Below, piece after piece: positions 1 to 11,073 of a DNA stretch of 64,000 nt. Position 1 is the first letter of the stretch, and the number at the start of each line of letters is the position of its first letter. A program made the translations under genes and the position numbers. The stretch lies in NCBI GenBank assembly GCA_965215265.1, contig OZ244048.1:4576001-4640000 (forward strand), in the 5' to 3' direction. The notes below the pieces were generated by a model, which saw only the letters and a list, made by a program, of their open reading frames with translations, was not told the DNA's origin and searched no databases. Source of the stretch: Candidatus Poribacteria bacterium (GTDB lineage Bacteria > Poribacteria > WGA-4E > WGA-3G).

Positions 1-237
1 CCTAGACATCCGGTGCAGCAAAATCTTCAAGGTTTATGAATCGCCATATTATGAACGTAGATGCTATAAAGAGGGCACGCCGTGGGGCAGTAAGAACAGC
101 GCGGTTGCAAACCGCGTCTACAGCTTCTAGGGGATCCTCGCCTCTACCGTGCCATGATAGGACGTGCCGATAGCACAGAAACCGTGAGGGGCGATGATCA
201 TCCGGACGATAAACCTAAAGTAGGGTAACAATGCTTT

Positions 238-1047
238 TTATTTTTCAGTCTGTGGGGCGTTTCCCAGAATCAATTCGGCCTGGTCTGCTGGGGAATAGAA
301 ATAAGAGCCCGGTTTCCATTCTCCGATGTCGCCAATTAACCTGCGTTGGCGTGGCGTGCAGCGTTCCAAGAGTTCAGGGGATGCTTTCTCGTAATCAAAA
401 GGACGGAAACAGTGATGGCTGTAGCAATAAATTAACGTTTTGCGAGGCTGTTCGGATTGGTTTCCGACGACACCGTGCCATAAAGCGTGTGGGAAAAAGG
501 CGGCATCACCGGCTTTGACGTTCAGTTGCACTGCGTCAGGGATGTAAGGGCCATCCGGTATACCGCTCTCGGGAAAAGGGCGATTGTGGGTACCTGGGAC
601 AACGGTAAAATTTCCACTCTGCGGATTATCCAAATCAGTTAGAAAATAGTGAATCTTAAGTTGGAGTGGCGAGCTGGTCTGACTGACGCGGATGCCGCGC
701 ATCGCCTGGCCGCCATCGGTGTGCAAATAACCTTTGTCCTTGGGATTTGGTGGGCGTACTATAACCTCGGACATGCTTAGCTGGATGTAAGGCCCCAACA
801 ATTCAAGGACTATCGGAAATGTAACCGGATGATCGATGAGGTCCACGAAGATATCGTTATCCTCCATGACATTTCGTCTGTCAAAGACAGTATCGGTATT
901 GACACCCTCGGTTTGGCGAAATTCACTGTCCATTTCATCTACCACCGCGCTCAGTTTTTCAATTTCTTGGGCGGTGAGTACCTCTTTCATGAGGAGATAG
1001 CCGTGTTCTTGCCACTGTTGTTTCTGAGTATGCGTTAGGATTTCCAT
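238..1047 (-). CDS. Phytanoyl-CoA dioxygenase (PhyH) family Fe(II)/2-oxoglutarate dioxygenase
   Basis: HxD (YLHTD), VVPGTH and distal His (LWHG) motifs; start moved to the ATG at 1047, downstream of a GGAGA RBS. Confidence 0.85.
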   Translation of the reverse strand: MEILTHTQKQQWQEHGYLLMKEVLTAQEIEKLSAVVDEMDSEFRQTEGVNTDTVFDRRNVMEDNDIFVDLIDHPVTFPIVLELLGPYIQLSMSEVIVRPPNPKDKGYLHTDGGQAMRGIRVSQTSSPLQLKIHYFLTDLDNPQSGNFTVVPGTHNRPFPESGIPDGPYIPDAVQLNVKAGDAAFFPHALWHGVVGNQSEQPRKTLIYCYSHHCFRPFDYEKASPELLERCTPRQRRLIGDIGEWKPGSYFYSPADQAELILGNAPQTEK

Positions 1048-1328
1048 GTTGATAGATTCTCCGCTATTAGCCGATATTGTGTTCATTTTTATATTGTTAA
1101 AAAAATACATGACAAATACGTTAAAGTCAAGTAAAATATGAGGAGGGGTTAGGAAAAGACGGCGAAAGGGTCGGAGATGCTTCCATTTAGGGGAAGTGTC
1201 CTAAAGTTGTTGGGTGGCTGAATGCTGATTTATCGTATTATAGGAGTCGTAGGATAGCCGCCCTTACAGCAATCTATCGTGCCGATAGGTCAAAAATGAC
1301 GAAAAGAGGCAGAAACGGAGGATGTCTC

Positions 1329-2834
1329 ATGCAAGCCAATTCACATCTTTTTACCGATGAACAGATGCGAGGTTTCATTATGCAGGGGTATGTCACAGTA
1401 AAGACAGACTTACCGCGTAGTTATCATGAAACTATCTATCGTAAGACGCAGGAACTGACTGCAAAAGAGGGTAATTTAGGGAATAATATCTTGCCGCGTG
1501 TGCCGGAATTACAAGCGGTTTTTGAGGAGCCGGTCGTGCGCGGTGCATTGACGAGTATTTTAGGGCAGAATTACGTCATGCATTCGCATCGGCATCCGCA
1601 CCAGAATCGTCCGCACAGTGATGGACAGGGGTTTCACAAGGATAGTTATTGGGGATATCAGAAGGTTCGGCACCACTGTCCGCGTTGGGCGATGGCTTTC
1701 TACTACCCACAAGATGTGCCAGAAGAGATTGGGCCCTCTGCGATTCTGCCGGGGACGCAGTACTACAGTACCCGGCTCCGTGAAGGCAACGCCGGGGAAT
1801 TGCCTCTAAGCGGTGAGGCTGGAACGGTAACGATTATCCACTTTGATTTGTGGCATAGAGCGATGGCGAATCGCACGTACAAAACGCGGTATATGATGAA
1901 GTTTCAGTTTATCCGCCTGGAGGAACCGGAGGAACCGGAATGGAACATGGAGAATCCGCAGTGGGACGATGAACAGTGCAAGGGGAACGGCAGCACAGCA
2001 CTGCCTCGCCATGAAGGGACCTGGCGGCATATTTGGAATTGGGTAGCGGGGCAGCAAAATTTGGAGTCTTCTGGCGCGACTAACGGTAACCTATCTGCTT
2101 GCGTAACGGCGCTACAGAACGGAGATCCGGAAACCCGTTCGCGTGCGGCAGACGAATTGGGGCTGTTAGGCCATTCTGCTGCAGAAGCGCTTCCGATGCT
2201 AATTGCTGCGTTACGTGATGATTATGAACCGGTGCGCTTGAATGCCGCTTATGCGCTCGGAACTATTGGTGGTGCAGCGGTACCGGCGTTGATAGAGACA
2301 CTGCGAGATGAAAACGGACCGGCGCGCCGGATGGCGGCATACGCATTGGCAGCCGTTGGTGAACCTGCCGTACCCGCGTTGAGTGAAGCATTAAATCATA
2401 CAGAAGAGGCTGTGCGGCTTGAAGCATCTTACGCTTTAGCACAACTAGGTAGTGCAGCGCGCGAAGCTATGCCGGCATTGATGGCGCGAATTACAGACGA
2501 CTGTGTTGAAGTCAGACGCTATATCGCCGAAGCGTTCGGCAGCATGGGCACCACTGCTGAAGCTGCGGTACCTGCCTTGGGTACTATGCTGGACGGAGAT
2601 GCCGACGATCAGGTCCGGTTTGAATCAGCTTTAGCGTTAGCACAGATTGGCCCGCCTGCAAACGATGCACTCGGTGTGCTTACCGGTGTGCTCTCTGATA
2701 AGAACCGGTACGTGCGTGACAACGCTGTTCTCGCTTTGAAACGGATTGGTACGCCGGATGCAGAAGAGGCATTGTTTGATTATCTGCTGATGTCCCGGTG
2801 GTGTGCGATTACAAACCGTGAAAGTACATTCTAA
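1329..2834 (+). CDS. PhyH-like dioxygenase domain fused to C-terminal HEAT (PBS-lyase) repeats
   Basis: FHKDSY, ILPGTQ and LWHRA motifs, then repeated VRxxAAxALG units; GGAGGA upstream of ATG 1329. Confidence 0.8.
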   Translation: MQANSHLFTDEQMRGFIMQGYVTVKTDLPRSYHETIYRKTQELTAKEGNLGNNILPRVPELQAVFEEPVVRGALTSILGQNYVMHSHRHPHQNRPHSDGQGFHKDSYWGYQKVRHHCPRWAMAFYYPQDVPEEIGPSAILPGTQYYSTRLREGNAGELPLSGEAGTVTIIHFDLWHRAMANRTYKTRYMMKFQFIRLEEPEEPEWNMENPQWDDEQCKGNGSTALPRHEGTWRHIWNWVAGQQNLESSGATNGNLSACVTALQNGDPETRSRAADELGLLGHSAAEALPMLIAALRDDYEPVRLNAAYALGTIGGAAVPALIETLRDENGPARRMAAYALAAVGEPAVPALSEALNHTEEAVRLEASYALAQLGSAAREAMPALMARITDDCVEVRRYIAEAFGSMGTTAEAAVPALGTMLDGDADDQVRFESALALAQIGPPANDALGVLTGVLSDKNRYVRDNAVLALKRIGTPDAEEALFDYLLMSRWCAITNRESTF

Positions 2835-2861
2835 CATTCTAACAGACTAACAGATGGAACC

Positions 2862-4022
2862 GTGAAGATGCTCAACTACGATCTTTTGATTAAAAATGGC
2901 ACACTTATTGACCCAAGGGCGGGTATCCATGCCTGCAAGGATGTCGGATTTGTCAACGGCAGCGTATCAGCGGTTAGTGATGAGATTCCTGCATCTGAAG
3001 CAAGGGAAGTGCTTGATGCAAGTGGCTGTCTCGTTACCCCCGGCTTGATCGATTTGCACGTTCATGTGTTCTACGGTGTGAGTCACTTCGGGATTGAACC
3101 GGATGCGACCTGTTTGGCACGAGGGGCGACAACAGTCGTTGATGCGGGTTCGGCTGGGGCGGATCCCTTCCCCGGTTTCCGGAAATACGTTATTGATGTG
3201 AGCGAGACACGCATCCTCGCGCAGTTAAACATTTCTTCACAAGGCATGCTAACCCGAGAGATTGGCGAATTAGAAAATCCTGACTATGCAGATGTTGGGA
3301 AGGCATGCCGCATGATAGAATTACATCGGGACGTTATCTTAGGGGTCAAGGTGCGCTTGACGCGAGAATCTATCGTTGGTGCCCGGGCGGGTATGTTGCC
3401 GTTACAGAAAGCACGCGAGACTGCAGATGCTGCAGGTCTTCCGCTGATGGTGCATCCGCAAGATGCGTGGTGTGAGTCTATTGATGACATCTTAGCAGTT
3501 ATGGGCGAGCGCGATATTCTGACGCACTGCTTTCACGATATGGCGTGTGGTATCTTAGATGAGAACGGCAGGATCCGAGATGCTGTTCATGCCGCGATCG
3601 AGCGCGGGGTGATATTCGATGTCGGACATGGTGCGGGTTCTTTCAGTTGGGATGTCGTAGAAAACGCAATGGCGCAAGGTGTAGAGCCGGCAACGATTTC
3701 ATCGGATTTGCATACCTACAACGTGGGCGGTCCTGTTTATGACCTGGTGAACGTCGTTAACAAATTCCTGCATCTCGGGCTGTCACTTGATGCAGCATTG
3801 GCGAAGGTAACGAGCGTACCGGCGGAGACTATATTGATGCCGGGGCAGGTCGGCACCTTAGCCGTTGATGCCTGGGGTGATGCCGTTGTGTTCGAACTTC
3901 GCGAAGGCGAATTCCAATTAGTGGATGCACGCGGTAAGATCAGGATAGGCAAACAGAAGCTGGAACCGGTGATTGTTGTCAAAGGTGGCCGCGTCCATAG
4001 ACAGCGACGTTCAGGCGGCTAA
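2862..4022 (+). CDS. Amidohydrolase/deacetylase family metallohydrolase (dihydroorotase-like)
   Basis: PGLIDLHVH, VVDAGSAG, ILTHCFH, FDVGHGAGSF and ISSDLH motifs. Confidence 0.85.
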   Translation: MKMLNYDLLIKNGTLIDPRAGIHACKDVGFVNGSVSAVSDEIPASEAREVLDASGCLVTPGLIDLHVHVFYGVSHFGIEPDATCLARGATTVVDAGSAGADPFPGFRKYVIDVSETRILAQLNISSQGMLTREIGELENPDYADVGKACRMIELHRDVILGVKVRLTRESIVGARAGMLPLQKARETADAAGLPLMVHPQDAWCESIDDILAVMGERDILTHCFHDMACGILDENGRIRDAVHAAIERGVIFDVGHGAGSFSWDVVENAMAQGVEPATISSDLHTYNVGGPVYDLVNVVNKFLHLGLSLDAALAKVTSVPAETILMPGQVGTLAVDAWGDAVVFELREGEFQLVDARGKIRIGKQKLEPVIVVKGGRVHRQRRSGG

Positions 4023-5623
4023 GGGTGCGGTTGCCCTGCTGTGGGTTTCTCCTTCGGTGCGTTAGAATCTGCTCCGAATCGAATGTGTAGTGCTGCTCCG
4101 GGGGCGTGTTGCTTTCCATATAAGGCATGCTTGATACCCCAGAAAGCGACTGTTGTCCCCACCATCATCACAACACCCCACAATGCTGTTTTCCAGAGTA
4201 AGTCAGTGAAGGAGAGAGCGCCGGGGAGTTGTTTCGGCACGGTTTGTGCCCCGACAGCCATCAGCACAGTGCAGATAATGGCGTTGAGAGTAATTACACC
4301 CTCTGTTACCAAGCGGTGCGGACTGAAACCGACTAGGGCACGCTCAAAGTTGAAGATGACAACGCACCACAAAAAGACGAAGTAGAGAAGCTGCCCTTTC
4401 CCGAGCCAGTCAGCAGAAATAAACGGAATCGGCCGGTTGAGATTGACTAGGAGAATCGTACCCAATGCCACGCTGAGTGCGATATAGAAGAGCTCAAACC
4501 AGCCTATCCAGCCTTTGGAATGTCTAAACCAGCCGGCTAATGGCAGGCCAAAGAATCTCTCCGGTAACGGTGCTACTTGCTCAACCCACGTTGTCGTCGC
4601 CTTCCGGTAATTTAGGTAGGTTAGAGCGATGAGTATAAAGGAGACTGCGAACACCTCCATCCAACGTGGGAGCTCTGGATCTGCCTCTAACACGGGTGCC
4701 TGCTTAAACAGAAAGCCGAACGTTACAGCAAGCCCGAGCCCGAAAAAGAGCCCTTGTGTCTGTTCCATTACGCTATGCCAGTTAGTCTGGAGCCCTGTTC
4801 GGATGTAGAACAATTTCAGTAATTGCCCTAAAGAGAAGGCGAGGCCACCCGCAAAGCCGGTCATTAACGTTGCGAAAGCGACTCCACCGAGCTGGTAACG
4901 CCAACAGTATACTAAGACACCTATCACCAGGCCGACGCAGCCTGCCCAATTGTCACCCCGTGGCGGTGTCATTCGAAAACCGAACACGTTCACTAAAAGC
5001 AGGAACGCGGCAAACCAGCCGACCCCCATATACAGAATGAGAGCCGTACCCATGTCCAAACCTCCACGGAAAAGCACCACAATAAGCGCAGCAATAATAG
5101 CAACCAGCGCGGCCAACCAATCGGTATCGTACCAGTAGAGCGGGCTCTCGTGGCGTTGCATCCGTTTTGTTGAAAAAAAGTAATCGATTGCAACGGCCTG
5201 AAGTGCCCAGCCGATGAAGACAGCGCTCATCGGAATAAAGAAGAGGGGCAATTGTTCGTGGCTGAGAAACGCAGGGAGTGCCGTCCCGGCGCCGCCAAGG
5301 GCTGCCCATAAAAAACCGATAACAAACAGATTCGCGAAGCCGTATAGCACCGTGGACGTATGCGGTGAATGCGTATAGCCAATCACCTGCATATAGGACA
5401 TACTGCCCCCGAATGACCAGCCGAGTGCACCAAACATCGCGAAGTAGTGCACGTATCGCCACCAATCCTCACGCCCGGATAACAGGACGATTGCCATTGC
5501 AGCAAGTGCACCAGGCAAGGCTGCACCATATTCATGCCCGAAATTCCCTCGGATCCCCCAGCCAACACAGAGCGATAAACCGCATAGAATTAACATTTGC
5601 CACGGGAGAGTTATCATGTCCAT
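4019..5623 (-). CDS. Uncharacterised polytopic membrane protein
   Basis: 534-aa ORF with many hydrophobic segments; GGAGG RBS upstream. Confidence 0.7.
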   Translation of the reverse strand: MDMITLPWQMLILCGLSLCVGWGIRGNFGHEYGAALPGALAAMAIVLLSGREDWWRYVHYFAMFGALGWSFGGSMSYMQVIGYTHSPHTSTVLYGFANLFVIGFLWAALGGAGTALPAFLSHEQLPLFFIPMSAVFIGWALQAVAIDYFFSTKRMQRHESPLYWYDTDWLAALVAIIAALIVVLFRGGLDMGTALILYMGVGWFAAFLLLVNVFGFRMTPPRGDNWAGCVGLVIGVLVYCWRYQLGGVAFATLMTGFAGGLAFSLGQLLKLFYIRTGLQTNWHSVMEQTQGLFFGLGLAVTFGFLFKQAPVLEADPELPRWMEVFAVSFILIALTYLNYRKATTTWVEQVAPLPERFFGLPLAGWFRHSKGWIGWFELFYIALSVALGTILLVNLNRPIPFISADWLGKGQLLYFVFLWCVVIFNFERALVGFSPHRLVTEGVITLNAIICTVLMAVGAQTVPKQLPGALSFTDLLWKTALWGVVMMVGTTVAFWGIKHALYGKQHAPGAALHIRFGADSNAPKEKPTAGQPHP

Positions 5624-5886
5624 ATCTTTCGCCTCCTATTTCGCCTATGAGGTATAAGGACGAGTCATGCCAATAGAACTAACCGAAGAGCTCATGAAAA
5701 AAAAGAATTACTCCTAATTATGTCATATTAGGGTTTTATTGTCAATAGCAGAGCAAAACTGACCCAAAAATATAAGAAGCACTCAGGCGAAAAAGGTTTT
5801 ATCAGTCAATTTGCATTGCATCTATTTTGGTTCTATGATATGGTAAAAAATATAGAGAAAGTTAAAAGTTCTGCTGGAGAAAAAAT

Positions 5887-7014
5887 ATGAATAGTGTACG
5901 GATAGGTGTTATCGGGTGTGGCGCGATTGCACAAGTTCAGCATCTGCCAAACCTTGCCGAACTTTACAGAGAATTTGAGGTCTCCATTGTCTGCGATTTG
6001 TCGCTCAGGACTGCCAAAGCCGTTGCACAGCGGTTTCACATTCCCGCCTACGTGACAGATTACAACGAATTACTAAAAACAGATGTAGATGCGGTGCTGC
6101 TTTGTCACGGTGATCCGAAGACAGCTGTAGCCCTGGCTGCACTTGAAGCCGGTAAACATGTTTTTATTGAGAAACCGGTCTGCTTCTCAATTGAAGAGAT
6201 GGACGCGATGCTATCTGCGCAACAAAAGGTTGGCACAGTTGCACAAGCCGGCTACATGAAAGTGCATGACCCGGCTTTTCAGCTTGCTAAACGCGAAGTC
6301 GATACCATGGAGAGTTATCGATTCGTTCAGATTAACCATCTGCATCCGAACAATAACTTGCACTTAAGCCAGTTTGACGTGGAACGTTTTAGCGATATCC
6401 CATCCGATGCGTTTAAACCGGCTACCGTCGCGCGTGAGAAGGCGCTTTCGGAAGCAATAGGCGACCTGTTAGCGCAAAATGGACTCAGAAATCGTGTCCG
6501 AAACCGAGCAGAACGTGTTTTCTTTTTACTAGCGGGGAGTATGATACACGATATTTATAGTTTACGCGTTATGTTAGGGGCACCTAGTGAAGTCGTTAGT
6601 GCAGAAGTCTGGTCTGAAGGCCGGGGGGTGAGTATCGTGTTTGCTTATCCGAACGGTGCACGTTGTGTCGCAACATGGGTGGATCTGCCGGATGTGTGGG
6701 ATTTCAAGGAAACGTTAGAGATTTACGGAGATAACAGCCGTGTGCTGGTCTCTTATCCGACCGGGTTCTCGCGTGGAATTCTTTCAGAAGTAACGATACA
6801 CGGCATAGATGCAGCAGGCACATCCTATAGCAAGCACCCTGCAGTAGAGTGGGAAAGTGCATTCGTGCGAGAACTCCGACACTTTCATGCCTGCATCACG
6901 CAAAATGAAGGATGTTATACGTCCCTTTCAGCGGCTCGGCATGATATTTCGCTGATTATTGACATTGTGGAATGTTATGTTAAGCGGGAAGCAGTTACGT
7001 GTGGCAGGCGGTAG
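5887..7014 (+). CDS. Gfo/Idh/MocA family oxidoreductase
   Basis: GVIGCGAIA Rossmann fold; AGKHVFIEKP; HD catalytic motif. Confidence 0.9.
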   Translation: MNSVRIGVIGCGAIAQVQHLPNLAELYREFEVSIVCDLSLRTAKAVAQRFHIPAYVTDYNELLKTDVDAVLLCHGDPKTAVALAALEAGKHVFIEKPVCFSIEEMDAMLSAQQKVGTVAQAGYMKVHDPAFQLAKREVDTMESYRFVQINHLHPNNNLHLSQFDVERFSDIPSDAFKPATVAREKALSEAIGDLLAQNGLRNRVRNRAERVFFLLAGSMIHDIYSLRVMLGAPSEVVSAEVWSEGRGVSIVFAYPNGARCVATWVDLPDVWDFKETLEIYGDNSRVLVSYPTGFSRGILSEVTIHGIDAAGTSYSKHPAVEWESAFVRELRHFHACITQNEGCYTSLSAARHDISLIIDIVECYVKREAVTCGRR

Positions 7015-7047
7015 GCGCGGGTCGGTAAAGTTTCAATTCCGAAATAA

Positions 7048-7076
7048 GCATGGCGAGGTACAAAGCCTCGCCATGC
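7048..7076. terminator. Perfect 11-bp hairpin between convergent genes (terminator or REP-like element)
   Basis: GCATGGCGAGG-tacaaag-CCTCGCCATGC. Confidence 0.55.
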
Positions 7077-7153
7077 AGGAGCCGACTTGAAAACCAAACA
7101 AACATGCGGAAGATACGAGGTAGGAAAACAACCCCAATTAGATTAATTGGGTG

Positions 7154-9160
7154 TTATTCGTTTACCTTGTTTTCCTCGCCCTCTGCTTGAATCGGGCCAT
7201 TTTCCGCTGCTTCAGTTTTAATCATAATTTGCGCGTCTTTCGAGCCAGTCACGACAAAGCCGTCAATAAGGATTTCAACCTCGACACTCGGCGGAGGTCC
7301 ATCGTCCTCTGGAACCGGGAAATCGTCAGGGAGCGGGGGCAGGAATTCTTCCGGAAATTCCTGCGGTAGTTCTCCGTCAGGTGGCTGTTCTCCGGGCGGT
7401 AGCAATGCCTCAGGCGGTGGGGACTCTTCAAGGAATGGAAATGCACCGCCTGTTGGAGTCAAGGTTACCGTGATAAGCCCTGCATCCACCTGATTCTCTT
7501 CCAGTTGTTGAATCAGTTCATCCAGATTTTTAGGTGCACGTTTTTCCGCGTCTTCATCAAAATCTTCAAATTCAAAATGTACGATTGTGTCAAGTGGCGT
7601 ACCAAATTCACCGGGAGAGCCAACGAAACTTGCAGCCGCTCTCACACTTGCGTCGCCAGTTGGAAAATCCTCTGGAATCTCAAGTGTAACTTCTCTCTGA
7701 ATTGTACGTTCGGCACCGGCAGCACTCCAATGCGGAAGGAGTACGATGCCTACCGAAAGCGTTTCACCGGGCATCACTGCAGCGGGTAGGATAATTTCGT
7801 CTATTTCTGCTTTTGCAATCTGAGGGCTGTCCGTAACAGAGATTGACACCTGTTTCAATGTCGCTTTGCCAGCCGTGTTTATCAATGTATCGGTAAAGTT
7901 CTTAATAATTGAATCGGTGTTTCTTAACACATCCATAGACTTGGATGGAGATGCGCTCCGAAAGGATTCGGTATAAACTTTCTCTGTTTCTTGAAAGTGT
8001 AGTGTGACAGCACCTTCGACGGTGCCGGGACTGGTTTCCAGCCGAATGGCTTCCATAGTCGCTAAAGCAACAAGGGGAATGTACTCCTCTTCCCCATAAG
8101 CGACGACGTGATTTTTCTCTATCACAGGATTGTTTCCGGATTGGTAAGAGAACTTCACCGGAATCATTTCCGGGATTTCACCTAGCTCGCCGACAATCGC
8201 CGGGGATAAATCTTTCGTTATCGTGCCGATTGGAGATCCGTAGGCAGAAGCAGATTTATGGGATATGGACAAACGTGATACAATGCCGTGGGTTACGGCT
8301 CTGTAGACTGGTAGTGCAGACTTCCCTTTTCTTGACATAGCATGGCCGAATGCGACAAACTGGTTGTCATAGACCTGGGTTACTGTCCCGAAGCCGAGCA
8401 CGTTGACAATATCTCCGGTTGCTATTGCAGCACCAATCATATCACCAGCAGAGAGCTGGGTGGTAGCTCCGGGTAGCGGTGCAGCCGGAGCCCCGCCGGT
8501 ACCGGCAAGGAATTCAACGAAATCGAGCTTTGAATTGGAAAGCTGTGAAGAGAGTCCTTGGAGCCGATGGGGCTGTATCCCTGTAACGATTACTGGTATT
8601 TTGACCGGCGTGAAAGTCGCACGAAGCGGCGGTGCAGCGGCGGCTAGTTCTTGATCTAGCATTTCACCAAACGTTTGTTGGTGCAGTGCTGTCTCCATCC
8701 AATCGATCGGTGTCACCGAGAACCGATATGGCGGTTGCAGGTAATCCCGGCCGAAAGCGAGTGCACCCATAACCCGTCCAGGCGGACCGACTGGGCTTCC
8801 AGACATGCCTTGTGCAATGCCACCAAAAGCCTTGGCTGACTCATCAATCAACTCACACTCGTACACTGGAAATCCGTAGGGGCCCTGTTGGATGCTCCGA
8901 AACCGAGCTTGTAGAACGACTTTATTTGTCCCCTCAATTACTGTAATGAGTTCCAGAGGCGTTTTGCTCGCCAGCCTTTGTGCTTCATCTTCATACATAT
9001 TCTCAAGCACGACATTACCGACAATTGGCGGTGCACTTAATCCACTGACGGCCTCAACAGTTGTAGCATTGCTGAGTCGTACTGAGTCTTCATCAGATGA
9101 GCAACCCACTTGAGTTAAAATTGCAATAATAATACCCACGAAAACCCCAAAATTTTTCAC
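7154..9160 (-). CDS. SpoIVB peptidase S55 domain lipoprotein with Pro/Glu-rich C-terminus
   Basis: GIAQGMSGSPV catalytic motif, GTVT and AFGH motifs; lipobox-like QVGC. Confidence 0.75.
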   Translation of the reverse strand: MKNFGVFVGIIIAILTQVGCSSDEDSVRLSNATTVEAVSGLSAPPIVGNVVLENMYEDEAQRLASKTPLELITVIEGTNKVVLQARFRSIQQGPYGFPVYECELIDESAKAFGGIAQGMSGSPVGPPGRVMGALAFGRDYLQPPYRFSVTPIDWMETALHQQTFGEMLDQELAAAAPPLRATFTPVKIPVIVTGIQPHRLQGLSSQLSNSKLDFVEFLAGTGGAPAAPLPGATTQLSAGDMIGAAIATGDIVNVLGFGTVTQVYDNQFVAFGHAMSRKGKSALPVYRAVTHGIVSRLSISHKSASAYGSPIGTITKDLSPAIVGELGEIPEMIPVKFSYQSGNNPVIEKNHVVAYGEEEYIPLVALATMEAIRLETSPGTVEGAVTLHFQETEKVYTESFRSASPSKSMDVLRNTDSIIKNFTDTLINTAGKATLKQVSISVTDSPQIAKAEIDEIILPAAVMPGETLSVGIVLLPHWSAAGAERTIQREVTLEIPEDFPTGDASVRAAASFVGSPGEFGTPLDTIVHFEFEDFDEDAEKRAPKNLDELIQQLEENQVDAGLITVTLTPTGGAFPFLEESPPPEALLPPGEQPPDGELPQEFPEEFLPPLPDDFPVPEDDGPPPSVEVEILIDGFVVTGSKDAQIMIKTEAAENGPIQAEGEENKVNE

Positions 9161-9415
9161 TTTGTATTCCTCCCAAATAGAGCTCGGGCTAACTATTTTT
9201 ATCAGTTAGCGATTGTATTTTTCAATTAGATTGTGCAACAACATGTGATACACAGTGTCTTTCATGTTGATTTACCTGCGGGATAACTTCACTATTTTTG
9301 GTTGTTACAATGAATTGCCAGACGATAAGCTAAGCGTGTCCGGTCTATTCATTGCAAGTTGACAAGCCGGCTTAACCGGCAAATATCTTGTAACTATAAG
9401 AGAGTGTGTATAGAT

Positions 9416-10180
9416 TTACCACGCCACCCAGCCGCCATCAACTGCGATGGTCTGTCCGGTAACCCAATTCGCGGCATTCGATGCCAAGAACAAGACGGCA
9501 CCAACCACTTCGTCTACCTCGCCGACTCTTCCCATCGGAATGCGCCGGACCACATCCTCATAAAATTCCTTCCGCTGCAACAGCACATCCGCAAGGGGGG
9601 TGCGGGTAAAAGCAGGCGCGACGGCGTTTACAGTGACGTTGTGCGGTGCCCATTCAACGGCGAGCCCTTTCGTTAGCAGAACTACCCCGCCTTTGCTGCC
9701 TGAATACGCAGTGCGTAGCGGGCCGCCTACGAGCCCCATCGTCGAGGCGATGTTAATGATTTTTCCGTTCTTTCGGGAGATCATCGGTTTAACGAGCGTC
9801 TGTGTTAAAAAGAACAAGCCTTTGAGATTGAGATCATAGATGGCATCCCAATCTTCTTCACTGAGCTCAAGTGCAGGCTTAGGCCGGTTGGTGCCGGCAT
9901 TATTGACAAGGATATCAACGCGTCCCCATACGTCAATAGCTGCTTGCGCGCCGCGTGCAATATCGTTCAGGTCACTAACGTCAAACACCACGGGTTCCGC
10001 CTCTCCGCCCTGTGCCCGAATTTCATCGGCAACTTCTTCCAAGTCAGCGGCGGTTCGGCTGTTCAAAATGAGTTTTGCCCCCATCTGCGCGCCGGCGAGC
10101 GCGATGCCGCGCCCGATGCCCTTTCCGGAACCCGTCACTAACATGACCTTATCCTTCAACTCAAACCCTGGAAATGCCAT
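9416..10180 (-). CDS. SDR family oxidoreductase (gluconate 5-dehydrogenase/KduD-like)
   Basis: TGSGKGIG, NNAG and YSGSK motifs. Confidence 0.85.
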   Translation of the reverse strand: MAFPGFELKDKVMLVTGSGKGIGRGIALAGAQMGAKLILNSRTAADLEEVADEIRAQGGEAEPVVFDVSDLNDIARGAQAAIDVWGRVDILVNNAGTNRPKPALELSEEDWDAIYDLNLKGLFFLTQTLVKPMISRKNGKIINIASTMGLVGGPLRTAYSGSKGGVVLLTKGLAVEWAPHNVTVNAVAPAFTRTPLADVLLQRKEFYEDVVRRIPMGRVGEVDEVVGAVLFLASNAANWVTGQTIAVDGGWVAW

Positions 10181-10215
10181 TTTTCTTCTCCTATTACGTT
10201 CTGAAGAGCTTTAAA

Positions 10216-11073
10216 CTATCCGTCTCTGGAATGAAAGTCTTCTGTCGCTAATTTTAATGTATTTTCTAACAACATTGCACGTGTCATTGGGCCCACTCCA
10301 CCAGGCACGGGCGTGATAAACCGGGCGATATGTTTGACTTCGTCAAATTTTATGTCGCCGACAGCACGATTCTCAAAATGGTTAATTCCGACATCAATCA
10401 CCGTCGCCCCGGTTTTCACCATATCTGCAGTGATGAACATCGGTTTACCAACCGCGACGATAAGAATATCCGCTTTTTTCGTCTCTGCTGCGAGGTTGTT
10501 TGTCTTCGAATGGCAGTATGTGACGGTTGCATCCCGGTTGAGGAGCATCATGCCTACCGATTTACCGACGAGAGGACTGCGCCCGACACAGACCGCGTGC
10601 TTTCCAGCAATCGGCTGTTCTGTCGATTCAATAAGTCGGATAATTCCAGAGGGCGTGCACGGCGTGATGCATTCTCTATTGATGAGTAAATTCCCTAAAT
10701 TGACAGGGTTGAGCCCGTCTGCATCTTTATGAGGCGCGATGGCATCAATAACTGCATGGGCATCAATTTGACGTGGAAGCGGCATTTGCACCAGCAGGCC
10801 GTGTATATCTTGCCGGATATTGAGCGTTTCAATATGGTGAATGAGTCGCTGTTGGGTGATATCCGCCGGGAGACGATGAACTTCTGAATGGAAATGGACT
10901 TTTTCGCAATCCCGTTGCTTATGTTTTATATACAGGGTTGATGCTGCATCATCGCCGACTTGAACAACAGCAAGCCCTGGCGTGAACGTTAGTTTTTTGA
11001 CATCCCGCCGGATTTGACTCCGGATGCGCTGCGCAAGGCGACTCCCATTAAGGATTTCTACCGACAAATGCAT
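10216..11073 (-). CDS. folD: Bifunctional methylenetetrahydrofolate dehydrogenase/cyclohydrolase
   Basis: KDADG, PCTPSG, GRSPLVG, IDVGIN and TPVPGGVGPMT motifs. Confidence 0.95.
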   Translation of the reverse strand: MHLSVEILNGSRLAQRIRSQIRRDVKKLTFTPGLAVVQVGDDAASTLYIKHKQRDCEKVHFHSEVHRLPADITQQRLIHHIETLNIRQDIHGLLVQMPLPRQIDAHAVIDAIAPHKDADGLNPVNLGNLLINRECITPCTPSGIIRLIESTEQPIAGKHAVCVGRSPLVGKSVGMMLLNRDATVTYCHSKTNNLAAETKKADILIVAVGKPMFITADMVKTGATVIDVGINHFENRAVGDIKFDEVKHIARFITPVPGGVGPMTRAMLLENTLKLATEDFHSRDG

